From an uncultured cyanobacterium (GTDB lineage: Bacteria > Cyanobacteriota > Cyanobacteriia > CAKZMO01): a DNA stretch of 64,000 nt. A model generated the notes under the pieces. The model ran no database searches, was not told the origin of the DNA, and saw only the letters and a program-made list of their open reading frames with translations. The translations under genes were made by a program, and so were the position numbers. The stretch lies in assembly GCA_963719515.1 (NCBI GenBank), contig CAVRCJ010000006.1, positions 368,029 to 432,028 of the forward strand, read 5' to 3'. This document shows positions 59,044 through 64,000 of this stretch, in pieces; positions within the stretch are counted from its first letter, which is position 1; each line of letters opens with the position of its first letter.

Positions 59044-59458
59044 CAATCAATCGATTTCGGCTTGCTGCTGAATGTACTGCTTCAAAGCTGATATGGGAGC
59101 GCTGCCGCAGGAAATAAGGCAATACGACCTGCTCCAAAAAACCGGCTTACCCCGATAGACACGGTTGAGGTGTCCCGTCAAACTCTTTCCTGATTAAGCG
59201 GCTCGACACGGTTTTGAGATTGTTCACCAGCTTGGACGGCTGAACCTTGGGATTGACCGATATCAGCAAATGGATATGGTCCGGCTCACCATTGCACTCA
59301 ATCAGCTCACATTCCCATTTGCCGAGGGTGGCGCGGAATATCTCGGCCAGCCGGTCTTGCATCGCAGCAGTAATACATTTTCTGCGGTCCTCTGTGCAGA
59401 CGACCAAATGAAACTGGATATTGTAAGCGCAGTGCCTAAGCTTGTTTAGGGTCTGCAT
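59044..59458 (-). pseudogene. tnpA: IS200/IS605-family Y1 transposase TnpA, frameshifted near the C-terminus
   Basis: The first frame reads HCAYNIQFHLVVCTEDRRK...EPDHIHLLISVNPKV...LKTVSSRLIRKEF and then stops. The adjacent frame continues GKPVFWSRSYCLISCGSAPISALKQYIQQQ, which is the canonical TnpA C-terminus. Confidence 0.65.
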
Positions 59459-59487
59459 CGGTGTGACGACTAAGCTACAATACATCA

Positions 59488-61056
59488 ATGCTAACACTGA
59501 CCCGTGAGTACAAGCTGAAGCCGACCAAACGACAGGCGATTGAGATGGAACACATCTTGTCGGTCTGCCGTAGCGTCTGGAATTATGCATTGCGAGAGCG
59601 CAAGGACTGGATTGCCTCGCGCAAAAGCTCAGTCAATACCTGCTCTTTGTGGGGCGAGTACATCGTGGCTGCTGATGCTCCGTTTCCTGGCTTTGCTGAG
59701 CAATGCAAATCGCTGACGCAAGCCAAGACGTCGAACGCAGCGCTCAAGTCGGTCAATGCCCAGGTACTTCAGCAGGTGCTCAAGACGCTAGACAAGGCGT
59801 TTCGAGACATGAAGGAGCGCGGCTTTGGGTTCCCCCGGTTCAAAAAGCGAATGCACTCCTTCGTGTTTCCGTAGCTTGGCAAGCACCTTCTGGGCAATGG
59901 GTCTGTGAAGCCCCTGCATTGGCGACGCGAGGATTCGCCAGTCCCGGCCCTATCCCGATGGCTTCAGGGTTAAGCAGGCGCGGGTTGTGAAACGTCCATC
60001 AGGGTTCTATCTGATGCTGACGTTTCAGGCTGATTTAGCTACTAGACAGGAAGCCCCGCGCTCTACCCGTCAGGGTGAGCGTCGGGATGAGAGTCGCGCT
60101 AGCCGAAGTGCGCCCGCAAAATGATGCACAGCGGATAGTGCGCTCAGCGCTGAGGCTAGCAGTTGGTATGATAGAGATAGCAAGGTGATACACCCCGCAA
60201 AGAGTGTGACGGGCCCGTAGGCGAAAGCTGCAAGTCACCCGTTCCTCAGTTTGCAAATGTATCTGCGACACATAGTGCGTATCCTCCCTCGCGGAGATGA
60301 AAATTCAAAACTCTGCCGTGGGGCATCAGGCGGAGTATAAACCTATCTCAGGATATGTCTCGGCAATAGCTGGGAGTCACTGAGGAAGCCCGCGCTGTAC
60401 AGCTTGCTGTCAGCGTCGGGAGGATGTCACACATTCCTCAACCCCCTGTAGCAGGTCATATTGTTGGTGTTGATGTTGGCCTGGAGTATTTTCTTTCCAC
60501 CTCTGACGGCCTTCAGATTAAGCGCCCTCGATTCTTTGTGGATATGCAGCGCAAGCTGAAATTGCTGCAACGCAGATTGAAGCGAAAGAAGCGAGGGTCA
60601 GCAAACTGGATTAAGGCTCAGCAAAAGGTGGCGCGGCTGCACGAGTGCATCAGGAATACCCGCAAGGACTTCCACTTCAAAGTCGCACATCAGCTTTGCC
60701 ATGGAGCCGATGTGATTGCAGTAGAAGACCTCAACCTAGTTGGACTGTCGCGGGGTATCCTCGGTAAGCACATGCGCGATGCAGGCCACGGGCAGTTTCT
60801 CAATCAGATATTGCCGTGGATTGCTTGGAAGCGAGGCAAGGCGTATCTGAAGGTTGATGCTCGCGGCACTTCTCAGGAGTGCCCTGATTGTGGGGACAAA
60901 ATAGTGAAGCAGCTATCTGACCGCTGGCATAGCTGCTCTTGTGGGGCGTCAATGCCTAGAGACGTTGCCAGCGGCCAGGTGATTCGACATAGGGCCGTCG
61001 GGCGGACGGTTCTTGAAAATGCCTGTGGAGACGGTCTAACGGGGGCAGTAGCTTAA
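59488..61056 (+). pseudogene. tnpB: IS200/IS605-family TnpB, fragmented by frameshifts plus a roughly 330-bp internal insertion
   Basis: An N-terminal piece reads MLTLTREYKLKPTKRQ...PRFKKRMHSFVFP. A shifted-frame piece reads VKQARVVKRPSGFYLMLTFQADL. A C-terminal piece from 60424 reads VGVDVGLEYF...VEDLNL...CPDCGDK...CSCGASMPRDVASGQVI. Confidence 0.7.
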
Positions 61057-61126
61057 TGCTGTTGTCTAGCCAAGAGTAAAAGAAACAGGAATCTCCGACT
61101 GTACCCACAGGGTCAGGGGGAGTGCG

Positions 61127-62704
61127 TCAATCTTCCTGTTCACCTTTTTCCTGAAAGCCCTGCACGATACGGGAAAGCTCATTACGCTCATTGACCGCTA
61201 TCCGGTTAGGCGAGCCGCTGATAATCCGCTCGTATTCTCGGAAAGACTTCTTAATCTGAGGTCCGTTCTCGTCAATCATGTACTCTCGGATGCCCTTGTC
61301 ATGCCAAGAGCCGCGCATTTTGAAAACGTTGATGGCCCGGGACATTTCCCCTCGAATCTCGACGTACTGAAGCATCAATATGGTGTCAGTGATGGTCGAG
61401 ATATGTGAGTCGGTGATTGAGTGAGACCCCATGAATTGGTCGGTGGTGTTCGTGAAGAACCCTGTAATCTCCTCTTGTTTAGCGAACCCTGTTACTCCAA
61501 TCACAAACTGACGGAAGGTATTGTTGCTGACGCCGCGGGCTAGGGCGGAGAGCGAGTCGATAGCAATGCGGGACGGCTTAAAGTTGGCAATTTCAGACTT
61601 GATAATCTGTAGGTGGTCTTCAAGCCCAGCAGACTCGGGATAAGCGCATAGAATGCGCAGCAGACCCCGCTGCTCCAACTCCTCAAAATCGATTCCCCAG
61701 GAATAGGCGTTACGGGAGAGCTGCGCCCGCGACTCTTCGTAAGCAAAAAGGATGGCACGGCTGTTGTTTTCGCAGGCGTTCTGCAGAAACTTGCTCACTA
61801 GCATCGTCTTGCCGGTGCCGGTAGCTCCGGTAGCCAGGATGATTGAATCTTTAAAGAAACCACCGCCGCACATCTCGTCTAGCGTCTCAACGCCTGAGGA
61901 CACGCGTACGTTTGACGAGCGCTGGGTGAGGCGCATCGCTCCGAGCGGAAAGATATTGATCCCCTGATTGGTAATCGTAAAGGGATACTCTCCCTTCATG
62001 TGGGTGGTGCCTCGCAGCTTGAGGATTTCGATTGTTCGTCTACGGCGTTCTCCCTCAAGGGCGTTGCGAACGATAACAACGTTGTCAGAGACGAATTCTT
62101 CAACGCCGTATCGTGCTACGCTGCCATATTCTTCGGTTCGCTCTGCTGTCATCACGGTGGTAACGCCCACTCGCTTTAATCGCGATGCCAGTCGGAATAG
62201 CTCGCGTCGCACAATTGAGGTGGCGTCGTACTGCTGAAAAAGGGCGGTGACAGAGTCAACCGAGACGCGAGACGCGCTGTACTTTCGAATGGCGTATTGA
62301 GTGCGCTCGATGATTCCTGACAGGTCAAAGTTACCGACGACTTCTTGACCTTCTGGATCGGGCGAGGCGTCTAAGATGAACAGCTTTCCGTCGTCAATGA
62401 GCTGTTGAAGATCCCAGCCGAAGCTATGGGCGTTCTCAATGATGTCGGAGGGGGACTCTTCAAAAGTAATAAAGAGTCCCGGCTCGTCGAAATGAATAAT
62501 GCCGTTATATAAAAAATGAATAGCAAACAGCGTTTTTCCGGTACCCGAGGTGCCGCTGACCAGCGTCGTTCTGCCCGCCGGGATACCCCCATGACTGATA
62601 TCGTCGAAGCCCTCAATCATGGTCCGGAGTTTTTGAACGCCCTCTTCCCCCCTCGACGTGTCAAAGGGGTCAGTTTCGCGAGCGTTGTAGGAGTTTGGCT
62701 GCAT
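61127..62704 (-). CDS. kaiC: circadian clock protein KaiC
   Basis: There is near-identity over long stretches to canonical KaiC: KLRTMIEGFDDISHGG, the double P-loops GTSGTGKT and GATGTGKT, and EYPFTITNQGINIF. Confidence 0.97.
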   Translation of the reverse strand: MQPNSYNARETDPFDTSRGEEGVQKLRTMIEGFDDISHGGIPAGRTTLVSGTSGTGKTLFAIHFLYNGIIHFDEPGLFITFEESPSDIIENAHSFGWDLQQLIDDGKLFILDASPDPEGQEVVGNFDLSGIIERTQYAIRKYSASRVSVDSVTALFQQYDATSIVRRELFRLASRLKRVGVTTVMTAERTEEYGSVARYGVEEFVSDNVVIVRNALEGERRRRTIEILKLRGTTHMKGEYPFTITNQGINIFPLGAMRLTQRSSNVRVSSGVETLDEMCGGGFFKDSIILATGATGTGKTMLVSKFLQNACENNSRAILFAYEESRAQLSRNAYSWGIDFEELEQRGLLRILCAYPESAGLEDHLQIIKSEIANFKPSRIAIDSLSALARGVSNNTFRQFVIGVTGFAKQEEITGFFTNTTDQFMGSHSITDSHISTITDTILMLQYVEIRGEMSRAINVFKMRGSWHDKGIREYMIDENGPQIKKSFREYERIISGSPNRIAVNERNELSRIVQGFQEKGEQED

Positions 62705-62804
62705 GGGCTATGCAATCTAAGTTAATACAGGGTCGTAACACTCTCAATCCTAGCCGGTTATGCGTCACTAGGGACAAGGCTACAGTACCGAAGAGCCGAC
62801 GCTA

Positions 62805-63125
62805 CTAACTGTCGTCGCTCAGCTCACCATTGGACAGGGTATCGTAGAGCAAGTCTAGTCCAATCAGCACCTTCTCTCGATCAGACAAGTCCCCAATGAT
62901 TTTACGAACGGGCGGCGGCAGAATTTTGGAGAGCGTCGGCGTTGCTAGGATCTTGTCCTCTTCAGCGAGCTGGGGATTCTTCATCACATCAATTACCTTA
63001 AGCGCGTAGACGCCATGAAACTCTTGCTCAAGGATGCTGTTGAGCGTTCTCAGGGCCCTCAGGGAGTTTGGAGTGTTGCCTGCAACGTATAGTTTCAAGA
63101 CGTAGGTTTTTTGGGGAGGAGTCAT
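62805..63125 (-). CDS. kaiB: circadian clock protein KaiB
   Basis: The sequence [29 protein letters not shown]...[33 protein letters not shown] is KaiB. Confidence 0.95.
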   Translation of the reverse strand: MTPPQKTYVLKLYVAGNTPNSLRALRTLNSILEQEFHGVYALKVIDVMKNPQLAEEDKILATPTLSKILPPPVRKIIGDLSDREKVLIGLDLLYDTLSNGELSDDS

Positions 63126-63244
63126 AGGAGAGAGTCCGTACCTCTAGAGTGGACTGCTCAAAGCAGCATGCTAGAGACCGTAAATAAGGCCAAATAGGGC
63201 AAGGAAGTGGGCTTGTGACCAGGAAGGGAGCGATTTCCCGACGG

Positions 63245-64000
63245 CTAGGCCTGCCGAGGAATCGATCGCCTATACATTTCGCATAGGTTAGAGAGAGTAT
63301 CGATCAAGGTCAATCGGTAGTCTAGAAGAATTTCCTCGCTGCGGCCCTCGATTTTCAGCTGCTTGGAAAATGCATCCATAAGGTCCATGTGGATCTCAAC
63401 GACTTGAACAATGGGCACGTCAGCAAAAAAGGCTGAGTTGACATAATTATCAATCTTTTGGTTGAGCAACGGATCGTCTGTAAAGTAATTGAGAATAATT
63501 TCCTGGTAGCTTCGCTTCAGCTGAGCGAGCTGCCGCTGTTTTTCCTCTGAAGGTAGATAGCGCAGAAATCGCTCTGGATCTCGCTTATAGTAAACGCTCA
63601 AATACCCTAGCCTCTCTTTCAGCTTTTCGGCCAGTCGGTCTTGCTGACAGGCGAGCAGCGCATGCTCTTGCTTGTCGATATCATTGTGTGAAGGCTGCTC
63701 AGTTTCGCCTGATAAGGGGATTTTGAGAAACTGGTTGATCACGCGATCGATGTGGGACGGCAGCTGGTTGAGCTGCTGGAACTCCAGCCAATAGATCGCG
63801 GTGTAATATCCAAATTTATCTGGGCTGTCGGCCTGCTCGGCGATCGCCTCATCTTCGAGACGTCTGTCCCTAATTAAAATTGTAGGCAACAAAATCGAGC
63901 GCGATCGCAGTTCGCCAAGCGCTGACGGAAGCTTGCCCTGAGCATCTAGAATTAGACAGTCAATACCATTGCGGCAGGCTTCAATCGCCTCAATGAAATC
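63245..64000 (-). CDS. kaiA: circadian clock protein KaiA (5' end runs off the window)
   Basis: The C-terminal KaiC-binding domain (...IHMDLMDAFSKQLKIEGRSEEILLDYRLTLIDTLSNLCEMYRR) is present. Its position upstream of kaiB-kaiC fits. The frame stays open to position 64000. Confidence 0.85.
   Translation of the reverse strand, partial: DFIEAIEACRNGIDCLILDAQGKLPSALGELRSRSILLPTILIRDRRLEDEAIAEQADSPDKFGYYTAIYWLEFQQLNQLPSHIDRVINQFLKIPLSGETEQPSHNDIDKQEHALLACQQDRLAEKLKERLGYLSVYYKRDPERFLRYLPSEEKQRQLAQLKRSYQEIILNYFTDDPLLNQKIDNYVNSAFFADVPIVQVVEIHMDLMDAFSKQLKIEGRSEEILLDYRLTLIDTLSNLCEMYRRSIPRQA

Noticed and set aside
60060-60420. Considered whether the roughly 330-bp insert inside the degenerate tnpB is a group I or group II intron or a ribozyme
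   Set aside because: I could not find a domain V-like GAGC...GAAA...ACGTACGG core, P/Q/R/S elements or a hammerhead CUGAUGA...GAAA in either strand. I leave it as an unexplained insert flanked by imperfect direct repeats.
1-64000. Searched by eye for tRNA (GTTCGAATC-type T-loops with matching acceptor stems), rRNA and CRISPR direct-repeat arrays
   Set aside because: I found none. The frequent GCGATCGC octamers are the cyanobacterial HIP1 genome signature and not CRISPR repeats.

Overview
This 64 kb window is a cyanobacterial chromosomal segment. The HIP1 octamer GCGATCGC is scattered throughout. Recognisable genes include kaiA-kaiB-kaiC at the 3' end, a ccmK3/ccmK4-like carboxysome shell pair, petG, a group-2 sigma-70 factor, an NblS/Hik33-like histidine kinase and a pentapeptide-repeat protein. 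Most of the window is ordinary housekeeping: an ABC importer with an M20 amidohydrolase, ribF, surE, pheS, prmC, menG/ubiE, apt, hisH, rsmD, xth, purD, an FKBP and others. A roughly 7.5 kb minus-strand operon (32797-40135) encodes a Wzx/Wzy-dependent polysaccharide pathway that includes a sulfotransferase. Three regions are accessory or anomalous. (1) An island at about 3880-6390 is visibly AT-rich against GC-rich flanks. It carries a TIR_2-like domain fused to a STAND-type P-loop, continued in a second overlapping reading frame by a helical/TPR-like region, a transmembrane helix and a Cys-containing C-terminal domain. A 16-bp perfect palindrome precedes it and nested IS debris follows it: a truncated GT2 gene, an IS3 fragment and an intact IS200/IS605-family TnpB. 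(2) A decayed IS200/IS605 element (frameshifted tnpA, fragmented tnpB) lies immediately downstream of kaiC. (3) A roughly 110-nt dispersed element occurs twice (about 26045-26152 and 50039-50148) and carries a hairpin at the same position in both copies with different stem sequences. Other observations are a homopolymer frameshift splitting the M20 hydrolase gene, a CBM2-GH9 cellulase with no signal peptide, a perfect 15-bp hairpin with 27-nt tandem repeats in the surE/pheS divergent region, and several tandem repeats in promoter regions. I found no tRNA, rRNA or CRISPR array.
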